DNA from: a bacterium
Lineage (GTDB): Bacteria > Auribacterota > Tritonobacteria > UBA1439
Length of the DNA: 64,000 bases
Direction of reading: 5' to 3'
Assembly (NCBI GenBank): GCA_028716845.1
Contig: JAQUPF010000001.1
Location: 216,167 to 280,166 of the forward strand
Positions 9,270 to 17,802 of the stretch are shown here, in pieces (within the stretch, counting starts at the first letter, position 1; every line of letters starts with the position of its first letter). Position numbers and translations under genes: made by a program. Below the pieces are notes generated by a model that was given only the letters and a program-made list of their open reading frames with translations, was not told where the DNA came from and ran no database searches.

Positions 9270-9910
9270 CGCCCCTCCCGTCCGGCCGGCGCGCCGGCGC
9301 GCATCTCGCGCGCCGGGACACCCGCCACGACGACGTTGTCGGGGACGTCGCGCGTCACGACGGCCCCCGCCCCCACCGTCGCCCCTTCCCCGACGGTCCT
9401 CCCCGGGAGGATCGTCGCGTTCGCGCCGACGTAGGCGCGGCGCCCGACCCTCGCTCCCCCGAGCAGCACGGCGCGCGGCGCGACGGTGGCGAAGTCCCCG
9501 ATCGACACGTCGTGCATCACGGTCGCGCCGACGTTGATGCGGACGAACTCCCCGATGGTGACGTTGCACGAGATGAAGGCGCCGCTCTGGAGGAGCACCC
9601 CCCTGCCGAGCGAACAGCGCGGCGAGAGCGTCGCGCCGGGCGAGACGAGCTCCGCGAACGCGAAGCCGTGCGCCTCGTAGGCGCGAGAGAGGTGCTCCCG
9701 CGCGGCGGGCGAGTCGGGGGAGATGAACACCGGGACGCCGGGGAGGCGCTCTCGGATCGCGGGGGCGTCGTCGTCGGAGCCGAGGACGGGGCAGCCGAGG
9801 TAGTCGCCCCGGAGCGCCCCGTCGATGATCCCGACCACGCGCCTGCCGCAGCGCGCGCACAGCTCGACGATCTCGTGGAACCCTCCAACAAGTATGAGGT
9901 CAGTTCCCAC
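9266..9910 (-). CDS. Hexapeptide-repeat sugar N-acetyltransferase (PglD/NeuD-like)
   Basis: Track ORF; N-terminal Rossmann-like region followed by left-handed beta-helix repeats (VGATVMHDVSIGDFATVAPRAVLLGGARVG...). Confidence 0.7.
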   Translation of the reverse strand: MGTDLILVGGFHEIVELCARCGRRVVGIIDGALRGDYLGCPVLGSDDDAPAIRERLPGVPVFISPDSPAAREHLSRAYEAHGFAFAELVSPGATLSPRCSLGRGVLLQSGAFISCNVTIGEFVRINVGATVMHDVSIGDFATVAPRAVLLGGARVGRRAYVGANATILPGRTVGEGATVGAGAVVTRDVPDNVVVAGVPAREMRAGAPAGREGR

Positions 9911-11036
9911 GGAGCGCCTCCTTGAATGATCGGATCACGTGCTCCTGCGCCTCCCCGCCGAGCCCGGCGTAGAGCGGCAGGGTGATCTCGCAGTCTGCCG
10001 CGTACTCGGTCAGGGGGAGCTCCGCGGGGAGGTGGCGGTAGATCGAGAAGCGGTGCACCGCCGGGTAGTGGACGCTCGTCGCGATCCCGCGCGCCTTGAG
10101 GGTCTCGCGCACGCGGTCGCGCCGCTCGCGCGTCGAACCATCGAGCACCACCGGGAAGATGTAGTTCGAGACGTATCCCCCGTGCTCCCGGAAGGGGATG
10201 ATGAGCCCCTCCGTGCCGCCGAGGCCGTCAAGGTAGCGGCGCCGCACCGCGGCCCGGTCCTCGATGTCCTCCCGGAGCCGCCCGAGCTGCACGAGACCCA
10301 GGGCGGCCCTGATGTCGTCGAGGCGGTAGTTGTAGCCGAGGTCGACCACGTCGTACGAGGTGCGGTGCCCCATCGCCCGCTCGTACGAGAGGCTGGTCAT
10401 CCCGTGCGATCGCAGGAGGCGCGCCCGCTCGCAATACTCCCGGTTGCCGGTGACGAGCATCCCCCCCTCCCCGGTGCTGATGTTCTTGTTGGAGAAGAAG
10501 CTGAAGCAGCCGATGTCGCCGATGGTCCCGAGCGCCCGGCCGCCGCAGTCGGAGAGGGGGGCGTGGGAGGCGTCCTCGATGACGCCGAGGCGGCGCCGCC
10601 GGGCGATCTCCATGATCCGGCCCATCGCGCAGGGGAAGCCGGCGTAGTGCATGACCACCACCGCCCTCGTCCGCTCCGTGACGAGCCGCTCGAGACGGAC
10701 GGGATCGAGCGTGAGGTCATCCGTTCCTGCGATGTCGCAGAAGACCGGGACGGCGCCCACGTACCGGATCGCGTTCACCGTGGCGACGAAGGTGAGGGAG
10801 GGGGTGATGACCTCGTCCCCCTCGCCGAGGCCGAGGAGCCGGCACGCCATGTGCAGGGCGGCCGTGCAGTTCGTCACGCCGACGGCGTGGGGCGCGCCGA
10901 CCATGGCGGCGAACCGGCGCTCCAGCTCCTCGGTGACGGGACCGGTGGAGATCCACCTCGACCGGAGGACGCGCACGACGGCCTCCTCCTCCTCCGGTCC
11001 GTAATTCAGGTCGAAGAGCGGGATCGTGTAGCCCAT
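9900..11036 (-). CDS. DegT/DnrJ/EryC1/StrS-family nucleotide-sugar aminotransferase
   Basis: Track ORF 378 aa; PLP-enzyme signature FSFFSNKNISTGEGGMLVT and overall DegT-like architecture. Confidence 0.85.
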   Translation of the reverse strand: MGYTIPLFDLNYGPEEEEAVVRVLRSRWISTGPVTEELERRFAAMVGAPHAVGVTNCTAALHMACRLLGLGEGDEVITPSLTFVATVNAIRYVGAVPVFCDIAGTDDLTLDPVRLERLVTERTRAVVVMHYAGFPCAMGRIMEIARRRRLGVIEDASHAPLSDCGGRALGTIGDIGCFSFFSNKNISTGEGGMLVTGNREYCERARLLRSHGMTSLSYERAMGHRTSYDVVDLGYNYRLDDIRAALGLVQLGRLREDIEDRAAVRRRYLDGLGGTEGLIIPFREHGGYVSNYIFPVVLDGSTRERRDRVRETLKARGIATSVHYPAVHRFSIYRHLPAELPLTEYAADCEITLPLYAGLGGEAQEHVIRSFKEALRGN

Positions 11037-11058
11037 GCCCCCCCACCGCCGCGGGAGA

Positions 11059-12042
11059 TCAAACCTCGTACCGGTCGGGACGGTACCGATGTCGGTTCTC
11101 CCTGATCCAGTCGATCGTCTCGCGGAGCCCGGCCTCGAGATCGTAGCGCGGCTCCCACCCGGTCGCCGCCTTCAGCCGGCGGTTGTCGGCCCTGAGCCGT
11201 TCCACCTCCCCCTCCTCCGGCCGCACCCGCGCCGGGGCGAGGACGATCCGCGCCTCCGCCCCCATGAGACGGGCGATCATGCGGGCGAGGTCCCCGACGG
11301 AGATCTCCTCGTCCATCCCGATGTGGACCGCCTCGCCGATAAAGCCGGGCGCGTCATGCGCCGCCAGGAAGCCGTCCACGGTGTCCCGCACGAACGTCAG
11401 GTCCCTCGTCGGCGCGAGGTTCCCCAGCCGGATCTCCCGCGCCCCCGCGAGGAGCTGGATGATGATCGAGGGGATCACGGCGCGCGCCGACTGCCGCGGC
11501 CCGTACGTGTTGAACGGCCGGACGATCTTCACCGGCAGGCCGAACGATCGGTGATAGCTCAGGGCGAGCTGGTCCGCGGCGACCTTGGTGGCGGCGTACG
11601 GCGAACGGGCGTCCGGCGGCTGCCCCTCTCCGATCGGGACCGTCCGGACGTTCCCGTACGTCTCGCTGGTCGAGGTCACGAGCACCTCCCCCGTCCCGCA
11701 CTCGAGGGCCGCCTGCAGGACGTTGTAGGTCCCCTCGACGTTCGTCCGCACGTAGGCCAGCGGCGAGACGTACGAGTACGGGATCCCGATGAGCGCGGCG
11801 AGGTGGAACACGGCGCCGCAGCCGCGCGCCGCCCGCAGCACGGCGTCGTAGTCGCGGATGTCGCCCGCGACCACCTCCAGTTCATTCCGGCAGGGGACGT
11901 CGTCGAGCCAGCCCCACGAGCCGCCGCCGACGTACCGCACGAAGGCGCGGACGCGCATCCCCATCGCCACGCACCGCTCCACGAGGTGCGAGCCGATGAA
12001 GCCCCCGGCCCCCGTGATGAGGACCATCCCGTCGGCGCTCAT
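11059..12042 (-). CDS. NAD-dependent nucleotide-sugar epimerase/dehydratase (SDR family)
   Basis: Track ORF; TGAGGFIGSHL Rossmann motif and Y-x3-K (SPYAATKVAADQL). Confidence 0.8.
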   Translation of the reverse strand: MSADGMVLITGAGGFIGSHLVERCVAMGMRVRAFVRYVGGGSWGWLDDVPCRNELEVVAGDIRDYDAVLRAARGCGAVFHLAALIGIPYSYVSPLAYVRTNVEGTYNVLQAALECGTGEVLVTSTSETYGNVRTVPIGEGQPPDARSPYAATKVAADQLALSYHRSFGLPVKIVRPFNTYGPRQSARAVIPSIIIQLLAGAREIRLGNLAPTRDLTFVRDTVDGFLAAHDAPGFIGEAVHIGMDEEISVGDLARMIARLMGAEARIVLAPARVRPEEGEVERLRADNRRLKAATGWEPRYDLEAGLRETIDWIRENRHRYRPDRYEV

Positions 12043-12737
12043 GGCTCCTCGAAGTGCGTCTTCACGATCTCGTGCGCCCTCTCGTAGTCGCTGACCCGTC
12101 CGATGTCAAGCCAGTACTCCGCGAGCTCGTACTTCATGACGGGCATCTCCCGCTCGAGCATGGTCCTGATCAGCGCGTCCATGCCGAAGTAGGTCCCGTC
12201 CGGGATGAGATCGAGTATGCCGGGCTTCATGACGTAGATGCCCGCGATGATCCAGGTGATGATCTCCGGCTTCTCCTGGATCCCCGTCACGCGGTCCCCG
12301 GAGAAGAAGATGTTGCCGAAGGCGAACGGGAGAATCTCCTTCTTGATGGCGATGGTGAGGAGCGAGTCCGCGGAGAGGCCGAACGCGTACAGCTTCCCGA
12401 AATCGGCCAGGGTGAGGATGTCGCCGTTCATCAGGATGAACGGCTCTGCGAGGCGGTCCCGGAGGAGCGAGAGAGGCCCCGCCGTCCCCAGCGGGACATC
12501 CTCCCTGCTCACGCTGAGCCTGACCCCGTACCGCGAGCCGTCCCCGAAGAACTTCTCGATGTAGTCGGACTTGTAGTTGGTGGTGAGGATGATCTCATCG
12601 AACCCGAATTTCCTGAGGCGATCGATCTGAATCTCGAGGACCGATTTCTCCCCCACCGGAAGGAGGGGCTTGGGGATGACCGAGGTGAACGGTTTGAGGC
12701 GCGTGCCGAGGCCCCCCGCGAGAATGATCGCCTTCAT
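12039..12737 (-). CDS. Sugar-phosphate nucleotidyltransferase
   Basis: C-terminal 232 aa of track ORF 12039..13049; start MKAIILAGGLGTRLKPFT (G-x-G-T-R-L motif); GGAGGGGAG RBS before ATG 12737; 4-bp overlap with epimerase start. Confidence 0.75.
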   Translation of the reverse strand: MKAIILAGGLGTRLKPFTSVIPKPLLPVGEKSVLEIQIDRLRKFGFDEIILTTNYKSDYIEKFFGDGSRYGVRLSVSREDVPLGTAGPLSLLRDRLAEPFILMNGDILTLADFGKLYAFGLSADSLLTIAIKKEILPFAFGNIFFSGDRVTGIQEKPEIITWIIAGIYVMKPGILDLIPDGTYFGMDALIRTMLEREMPVMKYELAEYWLDIGRVSDYERAHEIVKTHFEEP

Positions 12738-12750
12738 CTCCCCTCCGTGT

Positions 12751-12808
12751 CCGTGGCAGATTATATCGTGCCGGCTCCCGCGGAGGCGAGCGGAAATCCG
12801 CCCGCGGC
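12751..12808 (-). promoter_or_regulatory. Conserved promoter/operator-like element, copy 1 (imperfect palindrome + 15 nt + TATAAT)
   Basis: Blocks CCGTGGCAGATTATAT and GGAGGCGAGCGGAAATCCGCCCGCGGC shared with 14719..14776; on the coding (minus) strand a TATAAT hexamer lies about 20 nt upstream of the nucleotidyltransferase ATG. Confidence 0.35.
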
Positions 12809-12822
12809 ACGGGGCCGCCCGA

Positions 12823-13083
12823 TCACTTGAGGAGGAGGAGCCGGACATCCCTGACGCCGAGCTCGTCCCCGGAGCAGGGAAGTTTGCCGGCGAATCCCTC
12901 CGGCACCTTTCTCCTGGTGTCCCGAGTGGCGGAGATGTCCTTCTTCGGGAATGGCGAGGACTCGACCAGTTCCACGATCCCGCGTATGCCGAGACGGTTG
13001 ATGGCCGGGCTGTGGCAGATGGCGTCCACCTCCCGCCTCGCCACCTCATCCTCCGGGCCTTTGGACTTCAGCATGTCTTCCAT
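12823..13083 (-). CDS. 86-aa stand-alone paralog of the C-terminal domain of the methyltransferase at 17803..18978
   Basis: Track ORF; MEDMLKSKGPEDEV...NRLGIRGIVELVESSPFPKKDISATRDT...LLLLK aligns with the last about 86 aa of the 452-aa ORF (roughly 60% identical by eye). Confidence 0.4.
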   Translation of the reverse strand: MEDMLKSKGPEDEVARREVDAICHSPAINRLGIRGIVELVESSPFPKKDISATRDTRRKVPEGFAGKLPCSGDELGVRDVRLLLLK

Positions 13084-13106
13084 TTCCGCATCGGTGAGGA
13101 ACGGCG

Positions 13107-14636
13107 TCAGCGCTCCTTCAACCTGTACAGGGCGTAGTAGATTACGGGCTGCTCGTTCGTTTCCAGCCGGTGGAGCAGCTCGTGCGACGCGAGGTAGTCC
13201 GCTATCAGATTGTCGTAGGGGTAACCCGCGTGGGCCACCATGACGTACCCCAGCCCTTTCGCCGCGCGCAATTCCTCCATCTGCCGCACGACCTCCCCGC
13301 CCCTCGCGTCATCGAGATCGCCCCTGTACCGCCACCAGCCGTACCGGTAGGTGTAGTAGAGGGCCTCCGGCCCCGAGCAAGCCGTGTAGACGAGGGCGTC
13401 CTCGGGAATGCGATCTCTCGCTTCCATCACGAAGGCGTAGAGATTCCAATTGACGCGGTAGAAGACAGGGCGGGTGTCCCTCCAGGCGGGAAGGAAGAAC
13501 AGGCAGGAGAAGGCGCCCAGGACGGCGAGGCGAAACCACCGGACGCCCCGGAACCGCGGCGACAGCGAACAGCACCGATAGACGCCCAGGGCCGCGCAGA
13601 ACGCCAGCGGGGGGGCAAAAACAAGGTAGTAATACTCGTGGGGGCAGATGAAGAACGGATAGCTGTCCAGGACCGCGTCGATGCATGCCGCGGCGAGCCA
13701 TGCGAGGAACAGGCGCGAACCCGCGCTCCTGTCCCGCAGGAGAAACAGAAGCCCCCCGGCAGCGAAGAACACACCCCACGCCGAGAGCATGTAATCGGAG
13801 ATGTGCCGATGGAGGCTGCGGAAGAACGCCGGGTCGATCCACTGGGTGTAGTACGCGAGGGAGGACCAGTCCCGCATCTTCGAGTCCCGCATGAAAAAGG
13901 TGTGGGAGAGAACCCCGCCGCTCAGATAGTGCGCCTGGTAGCACATCCACGCCGCGCTCAGGCAGGCCACGATCGCTCCCAGCACCCAGAGTCGCCACTG
14001 CTTCAATGCGCTCCTCCCGTCCCGGCGGAACAGGTAGCATCCCATGGGGAGGAAGACATAGCCGCTGGGCGGGTGCACGGTGATGCCGAGCGTCGCGGCG
14101 GCGGCGGCCAGCAGCATGCTCTTCGTGGAACGCGTGTCCACGAACTCGACGAAGTAGTAGAGCATCGCGACCGTGAGGAAGGTCGACATCCCTCCCTGCC
14201 GGGTGAAGCTCCGGCTGTAGAAAATGAAAAGGGGGCACAGGGCGAACAGGAGGGAGGCGAAGAGGGAGAGGTCCTCGTCGAAGAACCTCCTCGTCAGACG
14301 GTAGAACCAGAACACGGCGGCAAGGGAGAAGACGATGCTGACGACCCTCCCCCAGATCTCGTCGAATCCGAAGGCCCGGTAGAGGAGGGCCACGAGGTAA
14401 CTGTAGATCGGGAACTCCGGCAGATCGGAGACGCCGCTTCTCCCGGCCATGGTCTTGGGATGGAAGAGGGACGTGCCCTCCCTATAGTAAATGGAGGACT
14501 GCATGGCGGTGAGCGTCTGCCGGAAGGAGTGGTTGTCGAGAAGCGGGGCGCGGAGGTGGTAGAGCCGTGGCAGGAGGCCGGCGACGAGGACGCCGCAGAG
14601 GAGCCACTTCTCGATCGAGCGGGGGAGCGTCACCAC
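13107..14636 (-). CDS. GT-C superfamily membrane glycosyltransferase (ArnT/PMT-like), paralog 2
   Basis: Track ORF 509 aa; same architecture as 6779..8299 with a near-identical 5' end. Confidence 0.7.
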   Translation of the reverse strand: MVTLPRSIEKWLLCGVLVAGLLPRLYHLRAPLLDNHSFRQTLTAMQSSIYYREGTSLFHPKTMAGRSGVSDLPEFPIYSYLVALLYRAFGFDEIWGRVVSIVFSLAAVFWFYRLTRRFFDEDLSLFASLLFALCPLFIFYSRSFTRQGGMSTFLTVAMLYYFVEFVDTRSTKSMLLAAAAATLGITVHPPSGYVFLPMGCYLFRRDGRSALKQWRLWVLGAIVACLSAAWMCYQAHYLSGGVLSHTFFMRDSKMRDWSSLAYYTQWIDPAFFRSLHRHISDYMLSAWGVFFAAGGLLFLLRDRSAGSRLFLAWLAAACIDAVLDSYPFFICPHEYYYLVFAPPLAFCAALGVYRCCSLSPRFRGVRWFRLAVLGAFSCLFFLPAWRDTRPVFYRVNWNLYAFVMEARDRIPEDALVYTACSGPEALYYTYRYGWWRYRGDLDDARGGEVVRQMEELRAAKGLGYVMVAHAGYPYDNLIADYLASHELLHRLETNEQPVIYYALYRLKER

Positions 14637-14703
14637 GATTCCTTCCCGCCCCGGCTTCCCCGCTGCTCGGTCATGAGAATCGGCCTCTCACCGTTGTGGG
14701 GGC

Positions 14704-16107
14704 TTAGTCCTCCCCGGCCCGTGGCAGATTATATATTGCAGGTTTCGAAGGAGGCGAGCGGAAATCCGCCCGCGGCGCCTTCCCGGGGGTTCCCGCGATC
14801 AGCATGAGGAAGCAGCACATCGGGAGCATCCAGACGACGCGCGCGCCGTATCGGTCATCCACGATGGAGAGCGAACTGCAGACGGCGTCGTTCGCCGCGA
14901 CGGCGCAGAGCGAGAAGAGAAGCAGGAAGACGAAGCGGCGGTCGCGGCGGATGCGGGGCAGCCGCATCCCCGCGCCGAGCGCCGCGAGCGAGGCGCACAG
15001 AGCCGCGGCGTGGACGGCGCCGAGGCGGCCGAGGCCGAGCGTTCCCCGCTGCTGCCTCGACCCGGCAAAGGCCTCGAAGCCGCGGGGGTATCTCCTGCGC
15101 AGCACCTTGTAGGCCCACTGGTCCGGCCGTATCGGCGACGTCGCGGCCAAGGCGTTGAACCGGCCGAACTGCCTGAAGGAATCCTTCGCGCAATCGGCCG
15201 CCCACGCGCGCGGGTAGGCCCGGATCGTCGCCCACGCCAGGCGCCTGTACTCGTCGTGGGACGCGTTCCACCCCCCGCCGAGCTGAAAGGGGCTGCGCGG
15301 GTCCCACAGGAAGTAGCCGGCGGGCCCGCGGATCTCTCCCCTTTCCCGGCATAGCTCGTACTCCTCCTCGCCGCAGTGCTCGTCGAGGAACCGCCGCAGC
15401 ATCCCCTTCTCCCAGAGGCGGGCGGTCATGAAGATATGCGAGGACCGCAGCGGTGAGAATCCCGCCCCGAGGCGCCAGTTGAGCGCGGAGAGGAAGACGC
15501 ACGAGGCGCCGACGAGGCACGCGGCGAGCGCGATGCGCCGCGCGGATGTCAGGGGGGCGACCCGCGACGCGAGACACGCGAGACACGCCGCCGCCACGAG
15601 GACCGCGCCGATGAGAAGGTGCGAGGCGTGCGCCGCCGCGGAGAAGACGAACAGCGCCGCGCATGCCGCGGTCGCCGCTCCGCGACGCCCGCCCGGCAGC
15701 AGGAGGAGGAGCAGGCAGAGCATGAAGACGGGAGTGAGCGCGTCTGCGAAGACGGTGCTCTGGACGAGTGGGGCGGTCGTCAGGAGGCCCAGGACCGCGC
15801 AGAGCGCGACCGTCATGGCGTCGTGGCGACGCGCCGTCAGCCGGCAGACGAGCGCGCGGAGCAGGCAGGCAAGGATGCACGCCTGCGCGAGCACCACGGG
15901 CCACAGCGACCGCCCGAGGCCCGCGGCCCTGATGAAGATGCTGTAGCCGATGGTGCGGTCAGGAGGAACGCGGAGCGTGAACGAGCTCTCGACGTAGGTG
16001 CCGGTGTCGGTATACACGAGAGGGTATCCGTTAAAAAATGCCGGCCACGAGAGCAGGAGCGTCCCGAGCAGCACCGAAAGAATGACCTGAACCCGGGGTC
16101 GGATCAC
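14704..16107 (-). CDS. Polytopic integral membrane protein, function unknown (possible glycosyltransferase)
   Basis: Track ORF 467 aa; GTG start preceded by AAGGAG; many hydrophobic segments; last about 25 codons are encoded by the conserved element at 14719..14776. Confidence 0.55.
   Translation of the reverse strand: MIRPRVQVILSVLLGTLLLSWPAFFNGYPLVYTDTGTYVESSFTLRVPPDRTIGYSIFIRAAGLGRSLWPVVLAQACILACLLRALVCRLTARRHDAMTVALCAVLGLLTTAPLVQSTVFADALTPVFMLCLLLLLLPGGRRGAATAACAALFVFSAAAHASHLLIGAVLVAAACLACLASRVAPLTSARRIALAACLVGASCVFLSALNWRLGAGFSPLRSSHIFMTARLWEKGMLRRFLDEHCGEEEYELCRERGEIRGPAGYFLWDPRSPFQLGGGWNASHDEYRRLAWATIRAYPRAWAADCAKDSFRQFGRFNALAATSPIRPDQWAYKVLRRRYPRGFEAFAGSRQQRGTLGLGRLGAVHAAALCASLAALGAGMRLPRIRRDRRFVFLLLFSLCAVAANDAVCSSLSIVDDRYGARVVWMLPMCCFLMLIAGTPGKAPRADFRSPPSKPAIYNLPRAGED
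14719..14776 (-). promoter_or_regulatory. Conserved promoter/operator-like element, copy 2
   Basis: Same two conserved blocks as 12751..12808 with a different 15-nt spacer; about 80 nt upstream of the PMT-like paralog 2 start, overlapping the 3' end of ORF 14704..16107. Confidence 0.35.
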
Positions 16108-16181
16108 GATATCTCCTTGCGGGACAATATATTACACCATTTCCCTTGAAGTATGCGCGTCTTATTGCGCCGTATAGAACA

Positions 16182-16198
16182 ATCGTGGTCCGACCCCA
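16182..16198. repeat. 17-bp motif TGGGGTCGGACCACGAT, copy 2 (inverted)
   Basis: Exact reverse complement of 5606..5622; lies in the AT-rich 107-nt gap upstream of ORF 14704..16107. Confidence 0.6.
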
Positions 16199-16214
16199 CC
16201 ATCCTGGTTGCACG

Positions 16215-17783
16215 CTATGGGGGGGACCCCGGACAATCACCGCGGAGTCGGAAGAGGCGGTACTCGCCGACGCGCTTCTCCCCATACCGCTCCGCGAGAT
16301 GGGCGAGCAGTTCATCGTCGGCGAGATCCCGGCCTGATGTCCCCGTCGCGTAGAGGACGATGCGCCGGCCCCCCGCTTCGGCGAGCGCACGGTCGAAATC
16401 CTCGCGCGTCCGGACGTTGCGGATCAAGTCCCGGTCGGCGTAGTACCTGAATTCCGGCCTCCCATAGAACGATATGACGGTTGTCTCGTCGGGGGCGGTC
16501 ATTGACCCGATGATCCCGCCGAGGCGGTGGCCGTCGTGGAACCGGAGCGCGGCGCGCTCCCGCTCCAGCCCGCGCAGCCCCGAGGCGCCGTGGAGGACGA
16601 GAACTGCCGCGATGAAGAGGGCGCCGAGCGGCCGTGAGAGCCGTGAGAGCGGTTCATACAGCCGCGCCGCCCCGACCGCGGCGAGCAGGGCGAATGACGG
16701 CGTCACGTTGAACAGGACGTACGTGTGGATGTAGGCGGCGTTCGTGAAGACGGCCGGGTGGAGCCAGCCGAGGACGAGGAGATTCAAGGCGACGACCCGC
16801 GCCTCCCGGCTGCCGCCCCGGCGGGCGAAGAGGACGGCGGCGCCGATCCCCGCGAGGATGATGGCCGGCCAGCCGAGGAGTGTCTCGAGGTACGACCGGA
16901 GGCGCAGGGCGTACTCCCGCATCGTGAACGCGTAGGCGGGGGGGGCGCCGATGTTCAAACGGAACAGGAGCGTCTTCATCCAGGCGCCGCCGAACACGCT
17001 CCCGGTCACGGACCTGACCGCCAGGAGAAAGAGGGCGATTCCCGCCGCCCCCGCCGCCAGGTAGTACCTGAGAACCGGGCGCTCTTTTCGATCAGGCCGT
17101 GGACGGGCGATCTCCTCCACCGCGATAAGAACGAGCGCGTAGTAGCCCGTCCATTCCGTCGCGATCGCGAGTACGAAGGCGATCACGCTCAGCGCCGGGA
17201 GGCGCCGCTGCGGCGCGGCCCGCCATGACCGGTAGGAGGCGTATGACATGAGGATGAAGAAGAGGACCATGGAGCCGAAGACCTCGACCTGGGGGCCGTA
17301 GAACAGGTCCATGGTCATGAACGCCGCGAAGCAGACGCCGAGGAGGGCGGCGCCGGGCCCGAGGACCGGCCGCAGGATGAGAAAGAGCAGCATGAGATTC
17401 CCGGCAGAAAAGAGGATGGGGATGGCCCTCGCGGCGGCCTCCGACTCCCCGAGGATTGCGAAGACGCCCGCCGTCACCACGGGGAGGAGCGGCGGATGGT
17501 GGAGGTAGAATGATCGTGGGGGGGCGTGGCCCCCGGCGTCACGAGCCATCACGAAGCGCGTCGCCCGGAAGCCGTAGCGGAGGTGGTTCCGGGCGACATG
17601 GCTGTAGACCGCGCCGTTCCAGCCGTGGTGGCCGCCCGCCCATCTGTCAGTGAGCCCCCAGCAGCGGAGGGCGATGCCCGCCGCGACGATGGCGAGGCAG
17701 AGCGCAACCGGTCCGGATACGGCCCGTTTCACGGCCTTACATCCTGCAGCGCGTGCTCCGCGCACACTGTCCCTCCCCGACAA
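16215..17783 (-). CDS. GT-C-like polytopic membrane glycosyltransferase (ArnT/PMT_2-type topology)
   Basis: Track ORF 522 aa; N-terminal multi-TM domain followed by a soluble C-terminal domain, the layout of GT-C enzymes; no close motif match verified. Confidence 0.55.
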   Translation of the reverse strand: MSGRDSVRGARAAGCKAVKRAVSGPVALCLAIVAAGIALRCWGLTDRWAGGHHGWNGAVYSHVARNHLRYGFRATRFVMARDAGGHAPPRSFYLHHPPLLPVVTAGVFAILGESEAAARAIPILFSAGNLMLLFLILRPVLGPGAALLGVCFAAFMTMDLFYGPQVEVFGSMVLFFILMSYASYRSWRAAPQRRLPALSVIAFVLAIATEWTGYYALVLIAVEEIARPRPDRKERPVLRYYLAAGAAGIALFLLAVRSVTGSVFGGAWMKTLLFRLNIGAPPAYAFTMREYALRLRSYLETLLGWPAIILAGIGAAVLFARRGGSREARVVALNLLVLGWLHPAVFTNAAYIHTYVLFNVTPSFALLAAVGAARLYEPLSRLSRPLGALFIAAVLVLHGASGLRGLERERAALRFHDGHRLGGIIGSMTAPDETTVISFYGRPEFRYYADRDLIRNVRTREDFDRALAEAGGRRIVLYATGTSGRDLADDELLAHLAERYGEKRVGEYRLFRLRGDCPGSPP

Positions 17784-17802
17784 CCCCGGCGCGTCCGGCC
17801 AA

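Noticed and set aside
12595-12810. 71-aa ORF and similar short ORFs translating the conserved element (RADFRSPP…YNLPR)
   Set aside because: The similarity between copies is at the DNA level in a probable regulatory element; the 12595 ORF overlaps the nucleotidyltransferase gene.
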